A stretch of DNA of 64,000 nucleotides, from positions 123,877 through 187,876 of the forward strand of contig JAPPFD010000031.1 in assembly GCA_028823995.1 (NCBI GenBank), read 5' to 3'. The position numbers and the translations under genes are program-made. Shown here piece by piece: positions 1 through 9,325 of this stretch. This DNA is from a bacterium (GTDB taxonomy: Bacteria > Actinomycetota > Acidimicrobiia > Spongiisociales > ZC4RG35). Under the pieces are notes generated by a model. It ran no database searches. It was not told where the DNA came from and worked only from the letters and a program-made list of their open reading frames with translations. Numbering within the stretch: position 1 is the first letter of the stretch; each line of letters starts with the position of its first letter.

Positions 1-93
1 GACTCGAAACCCTCACTATCCAATCCACCTCCCACCGCTTCCGGCCCGCGGTACCCCAGAATGGGGAGAACGCCGGGCTTGATCTGGCCGTTC

Positions 94-1512
94 TCATCGC
101 TCCACCGGCAGGCTGAACCCGATTACCGCGCCGCCGTCGGGGTGATTACGAGCGAAGACGGTTCCCCCATGGGCGGCCACCAGATGCTCGACTATGGCCA
201 GCCCCAACCCTGAGCCGGGGGTGCCTCTCGCTTGGCGCGAGCGGTAGAAGCGACGAAAGATGTACGGAATGTCGCCTTCGGGTATGCCGGGCCCATCGTC
301 AATTACTACGACGGTCCCGCCCTCGACGCTGATCTCAACTCTGGCGGCAGACCATTTGACAGCGTTGTCCACCAGGTTGCCAAGGGCCCTCTCCAATTGT
401 GAGCGCCTTCCTCTCGGCACCGCGCCCTCTCCGGATACCACCACCGCTTTGTGATCAACCCCGCGGAAGCGTTGTGCCACGTCGGCCGCGAGTTCCCCCA
501 GATCTATCTCGGTGAGTTCCTCATCATGGTGGTGCACGTCGGTGGCGAGGTCCACCAGTTCGGTTGCAAGGGCTCCCAACTGGTCCGATTGGGTCAGGGC
601 GGCCTCAGCTATTGCGAGCCGTTGGGAACCGGAGAGACTCCGGTCTTGGCGGAGGAGAGTCTCGAGGTTGGTCTTCAGGGCCGTGATGGGTGTGCGGAAT
701 TCATGTCCGGCATCGGATACCAACCGCTGCTGTTCCTGCCGGGACGCGGACAGTGAGGACAGCATCGAAGCGAATGCGGCGGCCAAGCGCCCTATCTCCC
801 CGGGGGCGGAGCGGTCGAGTTCGACTCCTGCTTCCAATCTCTCGGTGGCGGCAATCTGTTCGGCGGCATCGGTTAGATCGGTGATCGGCCGCACTGCGCG
901 GGAAGCCAGCACCCAGCCGGTCAGGCCTACCAAAAGGATGCCGACAATCCCGATCGGGAGCATCCGCCGGGTGAACCCTGCCACATTGGCATTGACCCGG
1001 GACATGTCCCTGGCAATCTGGAACCCGGCCGCGGACGGGATCTCCGGTGGCGGGTCCCTGAGTCGGCCTGTGAGCATCCGGTAGGGCACATCGTCAACCC
1101 GCACATCCCTTATCGCCGATCCGCCACGGTCGGCAACCGCCAGGTCCGCGGGCTCGACCGGGAAAGTTACGTCTTCGGGACCGGTCCGCAGAACTATTGC
1201 CCCGTCCCGGTCGAAGACCTGCAGGAAAGTATCAGGAGCCACGAGCATTGACTCCCAATCACCATGTGGTCCCCAGTCGTCATGTGCTCCCGTGTCATCC
1301 CCCGCGCTACCGGACACATCGGCGAATTCTCCAGCCTCTTCGTGCAGGTGAGCGGCCTCTTCGTGCAGATGGGCGGCCTCCTCCCGCAGATCGGCGTTAA
1401 CCGCTCCCCGCAGTTGCTGCGCCGCTGAAAGGGTGGCTGCCCAAGTGGTGAGACCGACAGCCACCGCAGCCACCAGGCCGAGGCTCAGAGCCCATCTCCA
1501 GCGGATGCTCAT
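94..1512 (-). CDS. Two-component sensor histidine kinase (HAMP + HisKA + HATPase_c), MprB/BaeS-like
   Basis: N-terminal TM helix, HisKA phospho-acceptor box '[10 protein letters not shown]', ATPase G-boxes '[10 protein letters not shown]' and 'GSGLGLAIV'. The stop overlaps the response-regulator start (ATGA). Confidence 0.85.
   Translation of the reverse strand: MSIRWRWALSLGLVAAVAVGLTTWAATLSAAQQLRGAVNADLREEAAHLHEEAAHLHEEAGEFADVSGSAGDDTGAHDDWGPHGDWESMLVAPDTFLQVFDRDGAIVLRTGPEDVTFPVEPADLAVADRGGSAIRDVRVDDVPYRMLTGRLRDPPPEIPSAAGFQIARDMSRVNANVAGFTRRMLPIGIVGILLVGLTGWVLASRAVRPITDLTDAAEQIAATERLEAGVELDRSAPGEIGRLAAAFASMLSSLSASRQEQQRLVSDAGHEFRTPITALKTNLETLLRQDRSLSGSQRLAIAEAALTQSDQLGALATELVDLATDVHHHDEELTEIDLGELAADVAQRFRGVDHKAVVVSGEGAVPRGRRSQLERALGNLVDNAVKWSAARVEISVEGGTVVVIDDGPGIPEGDIPYIFRRFYRSRQARGTPGSGLGLAIVEHLVAAHGGTVFARNHPDGGAVIGFSLPVER
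1334..1396. repeat. 21-bp tandem repeat x3 inside the sensor kinase gene, encoding [15 protein letters not shown]...
   Basis: Units gcctcttcgtgcagRtgRgcg at 1334-1354, 1355-1375 and 1376-1396 (third copy degenerate). The repeat is in frame and lies in the N-terminal extracytoplasmic segment. Confidence 0.6.
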
Positions 1513-2192
1513 GAGTCCCTCGCCACATACCCCACTCCCCGTACAGTGTGTATCAGCCGCGACTCCCCTCCGGATTCCAACTTCCGCCGCAGGTATCCGA
1601 CATAGACCTCCAGGGGATTGGAGGTGGTTGGGAAGTCATAACCCCAGATCCGGTCCATGATCACATCCCGCGGCAGCACGATCCTGGCGTTGAAGACCAG
1701 CAACTCCAGAAGATCGAACTCCGTCTTGGTCAGGATGATCTCACGCTGTCCCCTGAATACCCGGCGGGCGGCTGGGTCGACGGACAGGTCGGCGATCCGC
1801 ATGGGTTGGCTCTGTCCGGAGACTCCTCCCCTGCGCAGCAAGGCCCGGATGCGGGCCAGCAGTTCCTCCAGTGCGAAGGGCTTTACCAGATAGTCGTCTG
1901 CGCCGGCGTCGAGTCCCGCCACCCTGTGGGTGACCTCGTGGCGGGCGGTGAGCATCAGGATCGGAGTGGTGTCCCCGTCCTTCCGCATCCTCCGGGCCAC
2001 GCCCAACCCGTCCACGTAAGGCATGATGACGTCCAGGATGACGGCGTCGGGAGAGTCAGAAGCGATCATCTCCAGCGCCGCCAGACCGTCCGTGGCGGTG
2101 GTTACGTCGAATCCCTCCAGATGGAGGGCGCGCTGCAACGACTCCCGGACCCGCTGGTCGTCCTCCACCACCAGCAGCCGGCCGCCACTCAT
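1509..2192 (-). CDS. OmpR-family response regulator (receiver + winged-helix), MprA-like
   Basis: '[14 protein letters not shown]...DVIMPYVDG...LMLTAR' receiver with the phospho-Asp, and a C-terminal 'trans_reg_C' winged helix '[13 protein letters not shown]...TVRGVGY'. Confidence 0.9.
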   Translation of the reverse strand: MSGGRLLVVEDDQRVRESLQRALHLEGFDVTTATDGLAALEMIASDSPDAVILDVIMPYVDGLGVARRMRKDGDTTPILMLTARHEVTHRVAGLDAGADDYLVKPFALEELLARIRALLRRGGVSGQSQPMRIADLSVDPAARRVFRGQREIILTKTEFDLLELLVFNARIVLPRDVIMDRIWGYDFPTTSNPLEVYVGYLRRKLESGGESRLIHTVRGVGYVARDS

Positions 2193-2213
2193 CGTTTCGA
2201 TCCCATTCGAAAG

Positions 2214-3374
2214 CTATTTCCGTTCTTCCAGGATCCAGGTGGTCGCGGAAGGACTGTCCTGGAGGGTCACGCCCAGCCTCTCCAGACCGGCGCGGATCCG
2301 GTCTGCTTCCTCCCAGCGTTTCTGGGCGCGGAGGCGGGACCGCGCATCAACCAGCAACTTCACGTAGCCCCCCACCCATTCGGCCGGCTCCACCAGGCCG
2401 GACACCGCCAAATCCGACATCTCCAAAAGAGCGGATCTTAAGGTCTCTCGAGCCTGAGAGGAACCCTCCGCGGCCATTGACTCCAGCCGGAGCAGTGTCT
2501 CGGCAATCATCTCGGCCGATCGGGCAGCCTTGGCCTCGCTGAGATCGGGCAGAGTCTGGAGGGGCTCGGGGGGAGGCGCCGGGGGGCTGGTTTCCAAGAG
2601 CTTGAACATCGTGCCCAGGGCTATCGCTTCTCCGTCGGCCACGAACAGGTCCTCCGCTCCGCTCAGGGTGACCCCTCCCGCCCCCAGGACACTCATCTCT
2701 CCGGTCCCGAGGTCAATGGTGGCGGCCGTGTGCTCATCCACCCCGATCACTCCCATTCCCTCGGGCAGCATGGCTCGAAGCCGCTGGAAGCGGCGCCGCC
2801 CCATGTAGCAGCGGCTGGTGTCGAATCCCTGGCCCTCGGTGTTGTTCCAATGGGGTATGACCACTGCCTCCAGACCCAGGTGAGCGGTGAGGTTCAGCCC
2901 TTCCAACCACTCCAGCCCGGCGCCGGCTTTGAATATTTCGTAGACCGGAAGGGTCTTGGCTCCGGCGGTGAGGGCCGCAGCCGAGGCCAGGGTGACGGTT
3001 GCGCCGTCCGAGAGGAGTTTCCGAAGCGCCGCCGCCAGTCCCGTGTCCTGCCAGGTCGCCAGGGCGTAGCCGGGCGAACCGGGCCCGGCGAAGACGTAAC
3101 GGGCGCGACGGATGGCGGCCAGCATCCTTTCACGGGCACCCTCTCCTTCCGAGGCGGAGCGATAGGAGGCAACCGCGGCGTCTATGGACAGGCTGGTCCG
3201 GAAGAACCTGGTGAGTCGTTCGGAGAGGAGAGGGGCGTTCTCCTGGAATCCGTAAGGAGTGTCCAAGACCACCGCCTCCCGGGCGCCGGCCCGCTCGACT
3301 CCCAGCCGGTGGGCGGCCACCAGGCGATTGGAGACCTCCCCCGACCCCATCAGGATGAGCCTTCCGGCACTCAT
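2214..3374 (-). CDS. Fusion protein: peptidase E/cyanophycinase (S51)-like N-domain plus a domain resembling the C-terminal anticodon-binding domain of cysteinyl-tRNA synthetase
   Basis: The N-terminal half shows the S51 signatures LILMGSGE, 'FAGPGSPG' (GGGNT-like), 'TLASAAAL' (Ser nucleophile region) and 'VIPHWNN' (His). The last ~60 aa, 'RAQKRWEEADRIRAGLERLGVTLQDSPSATTWILEERK', match the CysRS C-terminal motif (A-D-x-I-R-D-x-L-x-x-x-G-I-x-L-x-D-x-P-x-G-T-x-W). I place the start at the internal ATG 3374, which forms an ATGA overlap with the upstream hydrolase stop. The track's ORF extends to 3407. Confidence 0.6.
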   Translation of the reverse strand: MSAGRLILMGSGEVSNRLVAAHRLGVERAGAREAVVLDTPYGFQENAPLLSERLTRFFRTSLSIDAAVASYRSASEGEGARERMLAAIRRARYVFAGPGSPGYALATWQDTGLAAALRKLLSDGATVTLASAAALTAGAKTLPVYEIFKAGAGLEWLEGLNLTAHLGLEAVVIPHWNNTEGQGFDTSRCYMGRRRFQRLRAMLPEGMGVIGVDEHTAATIDLGTGEMSVLGAGGVTLSGAEDLFVADGEAIALGTMFKLLETSPPAPPPEPLQTLPDLSEAKAARSAEMIAETLLRLESMAAEGSSQARETLRSALLEMSDLAVSGLVEPAEWVGGYVKLLVDARSRLRAQKRWEEADRIRAGLERLGVTLQDSPSATTWILEERK

Positions 3375-4279
3375 GGGGACACCTCCCGCGCCAGTTCCTC
3401 GAGCCATCCGGCGGTCAGGCGAGGGTATTGAGCATGCAGATCATGGTGCGCATCCAGCCATATCACCCGGCCCCTGGGAAGAAGGTTGGCGAAACGGGAC
3501 ACGCTCTTTACCTTGGAGGCTCTTCCGGCCGCCGTCTGCGCGGTGGCGATCACCAGGACCGGTTGTTGAATGGAGGGAGCGATCTCGCCCGGCTGGTGCT
3601 TCCACATCTCCGCCAGCAGCCGGAAGTGGTAGTCCCTTTTCAGGTGAGGCCGCGCCGTCCCGTCCGGTGCCACCTGGAAGTTGGCCAACTGGCCCAGGAT
3701 GCCGCTCTCCGGCCAGTCGGAATAGCGCTTCCGGAGCCTCATCTCTAATTCGGTGTAGAGGACCTTGTCGAAGGACGGAGGGGCTAGTTCCCGGGCCGCC
3801 GTCTCCCAATCGGGGAAGGCTCGGCTCAACGTGATGAACCCCCCGTCGATACAGGCCACGGCGGCGATTCGGCTCGGGTGGCGGCTGGCCAACTCCAGAA
3901 CCACATTGCCTCCCAGGGACTGTCCCGCCGCCACGACCGCCGTTTCGGGAGGAAAGAACCTGTCGGTCACCGATAACAGATCGTCTGCCAGGGTGGCGAA
4001 GTCGAAGGGGCCGTCCACCTTGTCGGACTGTCCGTGAGAGCGCTGGTCCACCGCCACGGACCGATAGCCTCTCGATGCCAAGTGGTCGGCGACGCCGTCC
4101 CAGAGGCGGGCATTGGAGGCCAGCCCATGCACGAGCAGGAAGGCGACGGGCCGGAACCCGGCCCGGCTCACCGCGCTGATCCCCACCCCCTGGTCGGTGA
4201 TGATTCGAAGCCGTTGCTGTTCTCTCACTGCCCTCTTCCGAATTGCTCCGTGGCGATTGCCCCGACAAGCATGGACCAC
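3371..4279 (-). CDS. alpha/beta-fold hydrolase
   Basis: 'LLVHGLASNARLW' (HG oxyanion region), nucleophile elbow 'GQSLGG', a C-terminal His region, and the typical ~280-aa length. The true start is probably an internal GTG near 4171-4186. Confidence 0.75.
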   Translation of the reverse strand: MVHACRGNRHGAIRKRAVREQQRLRIITDQGVGISAVSRAGFRPVAFLLVHGLASNARLWDGVADHLASRGYRSVAVDQRSHGQSDKVDGPFDFATLADDLLSVTDRFFPPETAVVAAGQSLGGNVVLELASRHPSRIAAVACIDGGFITLSRAFPDWETAARELAPPSFDKVLYTELEMRLRKRYSDWPESGILGQLANFQVAPDGTARPHLKRDYHFRLLAEMWKHQPGEIAPSIQQPVLVIATAQTAAGRASKVKSVSRFANLLPRGRVIWLDAHHDLHAQYPRLTAGWLEELAREVSP

Positions 4280-4337
4280 GAATATGAGAGGAACATGAGA
4301 TTTAACTTAACCCGCCAGTGGGCTAACATGCAGTGCT

Positions 4338-5609
4338 GTGACAGCCACCATCGTGTTGGGCGCACAGTGGGGCGACGAGGGCAAGGGCCGGGTCACCGAT
4401 TTCTTCGCGGAGTCCGCCGACTTCGTCGTCCGCTACCAGGGAGGGAACAACGCCGGGCACACCATCACCATTGGCGAACGAGTCTTTGCCCTCTCTGTCG
4501 TCCCGTCGGGGGTGATGTACGAGGAGTGCGTACCGGTGATCGCCTCGGGTTGTGTCCTGGATCCGGCGGTGCTCCTCGAAGAGATCGAGATGCTCACCCG
4601 GGAGGGATTCAGCCCCGAACGCCTTCGGATCTCCTCCAACGCCCACCTGATCATGCCCTATCACCGGGTGCTGGACGGGGTGATGGAACTGTATCTGGGC
4701 CGCAACCGGATCGGGACCACCAAGCGGGGGATCGGTCCTGCCTACACCGACAAGTACCAGCGGGTGGGCATCAGGGTCCAAGACCTGTTCGACCCCCGCA
4801 TCTTCCGGGAGAAGGTGGAGGCGGCCCTGGAAGACAAGAACAAGATAATCACCAGGGTCTACAACCGCCTCCCCATGGATCCCGAGGAGGTGACTTCTTC
4901 GTACCTGGAGATGGCGGATCGTCTCCTTCCCTATGTGACCGACACCTCTCTTCTGTTATGGAACGCAATAACCGATGGCCGCTCGGTGCTGTTTGAAGGC
5001 GCTCAGGGAACGCTCCTCGACATCGATCACGGCACGTATCCCTTCGTCACCTCCTCCAATCCCACCGCGGGCGGCGCGTTGATCGGGGCGGGGTTGGGGC
5101 CCACCGCCATCGACTCGGTGGTCGGAGTTGCCAAGGCCTACATCTCCCGGGTGGGCAGCGGTCCCTTCCCCACGGAGTTGTTCGACGAGGTCGGCGATTG
5201 GATGGTGGATAAGGGCCGGGAGTTCGGCACCGTGACGGGTCGACGGCGGCGCTGCGGGTGGCTCGACCTGGTGGCTCTTCGCTACGCGGCGAGAGTCAAC
5301 GGTTTGACGCACCTGTTCATCACCAAGTTGGACATCCTCTCGGGGCTCGACACCCTACGGGTGGCGGTTGGCTACGACGCCGCCGGAGACAGCTACCGGG
5401 AATTCCCCCGTCAGCAGCGGGTGCTGTACAAGTGCACTCCGGTCTACGAAGACCTGGAGGGATGGTCCGAGGACATCACGGAGGCAAGGAGGTTCGAGGA
5501 TCTCCCGGCGGCGGCCCGTCGGTACATACGGTTCATCGAGGAGGCGGTGGGAGTACCGGTGGGCTGGGTCTCGGTCGGTCCCGAGCGGAGCCAACTGGTG
5601 GTGAGATAG
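4338..5609 (+). CDS. purA: Adenylosuccinate synthetase
   Basis: P-loop 'GAQWGDEGKG', 'GGNNAGHT', 'GTTKRGIGPAY', length 423 aa, GTG start. Confidence 0.95.
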   Translation: MTATIVLGAQWGDEGKGRVTDFFAESADFVVRYQGGNNAGHTITIGERVFALSVVPSGVMYEECVPVIASGCVLDPAVLLEEIEMLTREGFSPERLRISSNAHLIMPYHRVLDGVMELYLGRNRIGTTKRGIGPAYTDKYQRVGIRVQDLFDPRIFREKVEAALEDKNKIITRVYNRLPMDPEEVTSSYLEMADRLLPYVTDTSLLLWNAITDGRSVLFEGAQGTLLDIDHGTYPFVTSSNPTAGGALIGAGLGPTAIDSVVGVAKAYISRVGSGPFPTELFDEVGDWMVDKGREFGTVTGRRRRCGWLDLVALRYAARVNGLTHLFITKLDILSGLDTLRVAVGYDAAGDSYREFPRQQRVLYKCTPVYEDLEGWSEDITEARRFEDLPAAARRYIRFIEEAVGVPVGWVSVGPERSQLVVR

Positions 5610-5624
5610 CTCCCCGCCGAAGGA

Positions 5625-6812
5625 TCAAAGCGACTTGGCGAGGGGGGCGGCAAGATCGCCGTTGGGCGACACCGACACTTCCCGGGCGCCCAACCACCCG
5701 ACCATGTCCACGAGTTCTGCGGCAAGCTCCCGGCAGACCCTCTCGGTGGCGATGTCGGGCTCGGCGTAGCTGCCCAGCACCAGCAGGCGTTTGGCGCGCC
5801 GGTCCAGCTTGAGGTCCACGCGGGCGACCATCTTATCCCCGAGCAGGAAGGGCAGCACGTAGTAACCGTGGATCCGTTTGGGGCGGGGAATGTAGATCTC
5901 TATCCGGTAACGGAAGTCGAAGAGCCGCTCCAGGCGCGGTCGGTGCCAGACCAGGGGATCGAAGGGCGATAGGAGCGCCCGTCCGCCAACATGGCGGGGA
6001 AGGGCGGCATCGGGATCCAGGTAGGCCGGCTCCGACCAGCCTTCTACCTCGACTTCCCGGATTTCGCCCGACTCCACCAGGTGCGACAGTGCCTTGCGGG
6101 CCGGCCAGATACCCATGCGGTAGTAGTCGGCGAGATCGGCCGCGGTCCCCACGCCGCAGCGCGCCACCGCCAGGCGGAGCAGGCGTCGTAGGGCTTCCGG
6201 GCCCTCGACGGGCGGTTCGTCCAGCGCCCAGGCGGGATGAACCCGCTCGGGGACGTCGAACCATCGGATGAAGTTCGGCCGGTCGGCCACGGTGACCGTC
6301 CCTTTCCAGAACAGCCACTCCAAGGCGCGTTTTCCCATGTTGTGCCCCCACCAGGATCCGCCGGACTTCCCCGGCTCGCTCAGGTCAGAAACCCGAAGGG
6401 GTCCCTCTTCAGCCACCTCCTGGCACACCTGTTGTACGTATTCGGGGTTGTCGTAGTTGACGGACTCGATCCATCCCCGAGGCGTCTCACGCATCCGGTG
6501 GACGAGGAGGGGTCGGTGGCCGATCGGCATCAGGGATCGCTCGTGCCCCCAGTACTCGAAGAGTTCCTGAGACGTCCACAGCCACTGGTCCAGGAGATCG
6601 CGGGGATAGGCGCCCAGCCGGGAGAAGAAGGGGAGATAGTGCGCTCTGGCGAGCACGTTGACAGAGTCGAGTTGTACGACGCCCATCGTGTCGAGGGTCT
6701 CTCGGAAGCCGTCGGCGTCCACCGGCTCCGTGGGGCGGGCCCGCCCAAGCCCGGTGGCGATTATCGCCATCCGGCGGGCCTGGTCCAGGGTCAGTCGCTT
6801 CACATCCGCCAT
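5625..6812 (-). CDS. Winged-helix DNA glycosylase of the YcaQ/AlkZ family (DUF1006)
   Basis: About 395 aa, 'DQARRMAIIATGL' N-terminus and the overall YcaQ-like composition. Start taken at internal ATG 6812 (MADVKRL). Confidence 0.65.
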   Translation of the reverse strand: MADVKRLTLDQARRMAIIATGLGRARPTEPVDADGFRETLDTMGVVQLDSVNVLARAHYLPFFSRLGAYPRDLLDQWLWTSQELFEYWGHERSLMPIGHRPLLVHRMRETPRGWIESVNYDNPEYVQQVCQEVAEEGPLRVSDLSEPGKSGGSWWGHNMGKRALEWLFWKGTVTVADRPNFIRWFDVPERVHPAWALDEPPVEGPEALRRLLRLAVARCGVGTAADLADYYRMGIWPARKALSHLVESGEIREVEVEGWSEPAYLDPDAALPRHVGGRALLSPFDPLVWHRPRLERLFDFRYRIEIYIPRPKRIHGYYVLPFLLGDKMVARVDLKLDRRAKRLLVLGSYAEPDIATERVCRELAAELVDMVGWLGAREVSVSPNGDLAAPLAKSL

Positions 6813-6952
6813 GGGAGGGATCCCGGGGGTGCGGCGGCGTTGGTGGCAGGGCACATCGGATAGGAGCCTATGTTCGTCTCAGCCGCCCTCAGCCTATTTG
6901 TGGCTGGGCGGCGGGACATCGGCAGGTAATCTCACATAAGCGGTGGGACCAA

Positions 6953-8281
6953 ATGAGTCCCCCGGCCGATGAGATGATAGATCGCTACACGCTTCCGGAG
7001 ATGGCCGAGTTGTGGTCGGCTGAGCGGCGCTTAGGCACCTGGAAGAAAGTGGAGGAATTGGCGCTGGAGGCTTGGGCCGAGGCCGGAGTGGCGCCCGCTG
7101 AAGCCGCGACGGCAATCCGGAGGGCGCCGGTTCCCACCCCGAAGCAGGTTGCGGAGCGGGAGGCGATCATCAATCATGACCTCGCAGCCTTTGTCGACGT
7201 CCTGGCGGCGGGCATGGAAGAGGGAGGGGAGTGGGTCCACTACGGGCTTACCTCCTCTGATGTGGTCGACACGGCTGCCGGCGTGATCATGGACGAGGCG
7301 GCCCGCCTGTTGATCGGTGAGGTCGAGCGTCTTTTCACGGTGCTCAGGGAGGCGGCGCTGGAGCATCAGGAGACGGTGATGCTGGGTCGCACCCACGGCA
7401 TGTGGGCTGAGCCCACCTCGTGGGGTCTCAAACTGGCGAACTGGGCCTTCCAGGTGGCCAGGGACCATGAACGGCTCGGCGCCGCCCGCCAAGCGGTGGC
7501 GGTCGGCAAGGTGAGCGGCGCGGTAGGCACCTATGCGCAATGCCCCCCGGCGGTGGAGGAATACGTATGCGCGAGGCTCGGGATCGGATCGGAACCGGCT
7601 TCCACCCAGGTGACGGCCCGGGATCGACACGCCCAGTTGCTGGGCGCCATCGCCTTAGCCGGGGCTTCCCTGGAGCGTTTCGCCACCGAGATCCGTCTGC
7701 TGCAGCGCAACGAGGTGGGAGAAGCGGCGGAGGGATTCCGGCCCGGCCAGAAGGGATCTTCGGCCATGCCCCACAAGAGGAACCCGATCACCTCGGAGAG
7801 AATGGCCGGCATGGCCCGGTTGCTCCGGGGCTACTCGGCGGCGGCGCTCGAGAATGTGGCGCTGTGGCATGAGCGGGACATCAGCCATTCCTCGGCCGAG
7901 CGGGTGATCATCCCGGACGCCTGTACCGTCCTCCACTACATGCTGGTGACCTTCACCGGGTTGATGGAGCGCCTGGAGGTGAACGCGGAGCGGATGAGGG
8001 CCAACCTCGATTCAACCGGAGGCCTGGTGGTCAGCGGGGCGCTTCTCTCGGAGTTGATCCAGCAATCCGGCCTCAGCCGTGACGACGCCTACCGGATAGT
8101 GCAGCGAAACGCTGCGGCGGTGCTTGACGGCGGCAGGGTCCTGTGGGAGGAACTGGCCTCCGATCCCGACGTGACTGTCCCGGCCGACCGGCTGCAAGAG
8201 GTTTCCGACCCGATGAGGTTCCTGGCGGAGACCCCGGTGGTCTTCGATCGACTCCGGGCTCTCAACCTGCCGCCCCACTGA
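6953..8281 (+). CDS. purB: Adenylosuccinate lyase
   Basis: 'MIDRYTLPEMAELWS' PurB N-terminus, fumarate-lyase signature 'GSSAMPHKRNP'. The start could instead be ATG 6974. Confidence 0.95.
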   Translation: MSPPADEMIDRYTLPEMAELWSAERRLGTWKKVEELALEAWAEAGVAPAEAATAIRRAPVPTPKQVAEREAIINHDLAAFVDVLAAGMEEGGEWVHYGLTSSDVVDTAAGVIMDEAARLLIGEVERLFTVLREAALEHQETVMLGRTHGMWAEPTSWGLKLANWAFQVARDHERLGAARQAVAVGKVSGAVGTYAQCPPAVEEYVCARLGIGSEPASTQVTARDRHAQLLGAIALAGASLERFATEIRLLQRNEVGEAAEGFRPGQKGSSAMPHKRNPITSERMAGMARLLRGYSAAALENVALWHERDISHSSAERVIIPDACTVLHYMLVTFTGLMERLEVNAERMRANLDSTGGLVVSGALLSELIQQSGLSRDDAYRIVQRNAAAVLDGGRVLWEELASDPDVTVPADRLQEVSDPMRFLAETPVVFDRLRALNLPPH

Positions 8282-8325
8282 TTGACTGCCGGTTGACGGG
8301 CTATCCCAGCCGGGCTCCTTAAAGG

Positions 8326-8359
8326 GTTTCGGCTGGCGGGCGGACCCACCAGCCGAAAC
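8326..8359. terminator. Bidirectional hairpin between convergent purB and proX-like genes
   Basis: Perfect 11-bp inverted repeat GTTTCGGCTGG (8326-8336) / CCAGCCGAAAC (8349-8359) with a 12-nt loop, followed by an AT-rich tract. Confidence 0.45.
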
Positions 8360-8386
8360 GGTCGATTAATTATGGATTGGGATCAG

Positions 8387-9325
8387 CTACCCGCGGGCGA
8401 TCTCCAGCCAACTGTCGACCCGGTCGCGGTTGGAGGCGATCCAGGCCTCGGCGTCAGCTTGGACATCGGCGTCGGAGTACTCATCGGCCGCAGCCATCTT
8501 GGCGTTCTGAGCGGCGATGTCGCTCAACGGAATCGCCACCACCTCGAGGAGACGGCGGATATCCGGGTTGTCATCCAAGAAGTCGGTGTTGGCCACTGCC
8601 CGGATGTCGTTGACGCCGTGTTCGTACACCCAGACCGCATTGTCCCCGGCAACCAGGGAGTTGGCGGTCCAGTTGGGGGTGTAGGCGTAGAACAGCACCG
8701 ACTCACCGGCATTCACCCGGTCGATGACGCCTCGGACCAGGTCGTCGTAGTTACCGACGATCTGCTCCACGCTGGCGCCCCAACTCTCATCGGCGATCAG
8801 GTCGTTGATCCAGGTGTTGCATCCCCAACCGGCGTTGCATCCGATCAGGTCGGCCTTGCCGTTTCCGTTGGAGTCGAAGACGCCGGCATTGGCGGCTACG
8901 TCAGCCATGGAAGAGATTCCCAACCGGTCGGCCGTGGCCTTGTCGACCATCCAACCCTCGACGCCTCCCTTGGCTACTTCATAGCCGACGGGTTCGATGG
9001 GGAGATCCACCGCTTGTCCGGTGACGTTCTCCCCCTCCAGGAAGATGTCGTGGTTCGGGAACCATCCGTTGGCCCACAGGTCGTACTGCCCGGCGGCTAG
9101 GGCCGGATAGAAGGAGAAGGGCTGCAACTCTGCCAAGGCGGGATCGGTGACCTCGTGTCCGAGTTCTTCGATCAACTGAGCGTAGATGGCGGCCTGCATG
9201 TGACCGGAGGACCAATCGGCCCGGGCCATCGTCACCGGCCGGTCCTGGCCGTCGGTGGCGCAGGCGGAGAGCACCAGCACGAACGCCGCGAGAGCGGCGA
9301 TCAATACATTCGATCTCTTGGTCAT
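8387..9325 (-). CDS. Glycine betaine/choline-type substrate-binding lipoprotein (OpuAC/ProX family)
   Basis: Lipoprotein signal with lipobox 'LSAC', aromatic-cage region 'WANGWFPNHDIF', 'YAYTPNW'. Translationally coupled (ATGA) to the upstream BCCT gene. Confidence 0.85.
   Translation of the reverse strand: MTKRSNVLIAALAAFVLVLSACATDGQDRPVTMARADWSSGHMQAAIYAQLIEELGHEVTDPALAELQPFSFYPALAAGQYDLWANGWFPNHDIFLEGENVTGQAVDLPIEPVGYEVAKGGVEGWMVDKATADRLGISSMADVAANAGVFDSNGNGKADLIGCNAGWGCNTWINDLIADESWGASVEQIVGNYDDLVRGVIDRVNAGESVLFYAYTPNWTANSLVAGDNAVWVYEHGVNDIRAVANTDFLDDNPDIRRLLEVVAIPLSDIAAQNAKMAAADEYSDADVQADAEAWIASNRDRVDSWLEIARG

Noticed and set aside
3441-4268. Long antisense or alternative-frame ORFs overlapping real genes throughout the track (for example 3441-4268, 512-1084, 1548-2441, 10046-10900, 11888-12655, 14034-15425, 17692-19161, 26604-28970, 30684-33029, 37121-38893, 43318-44619)
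   Set aside because: They lie antisense to, or out of frame with, ORFs that have clear family signatures. Their products are low-complexity Arg/Pro/Gly-rich sequences typical of spurious ORFs in ~68 % GC DNA, and they have no recognisable motifs.
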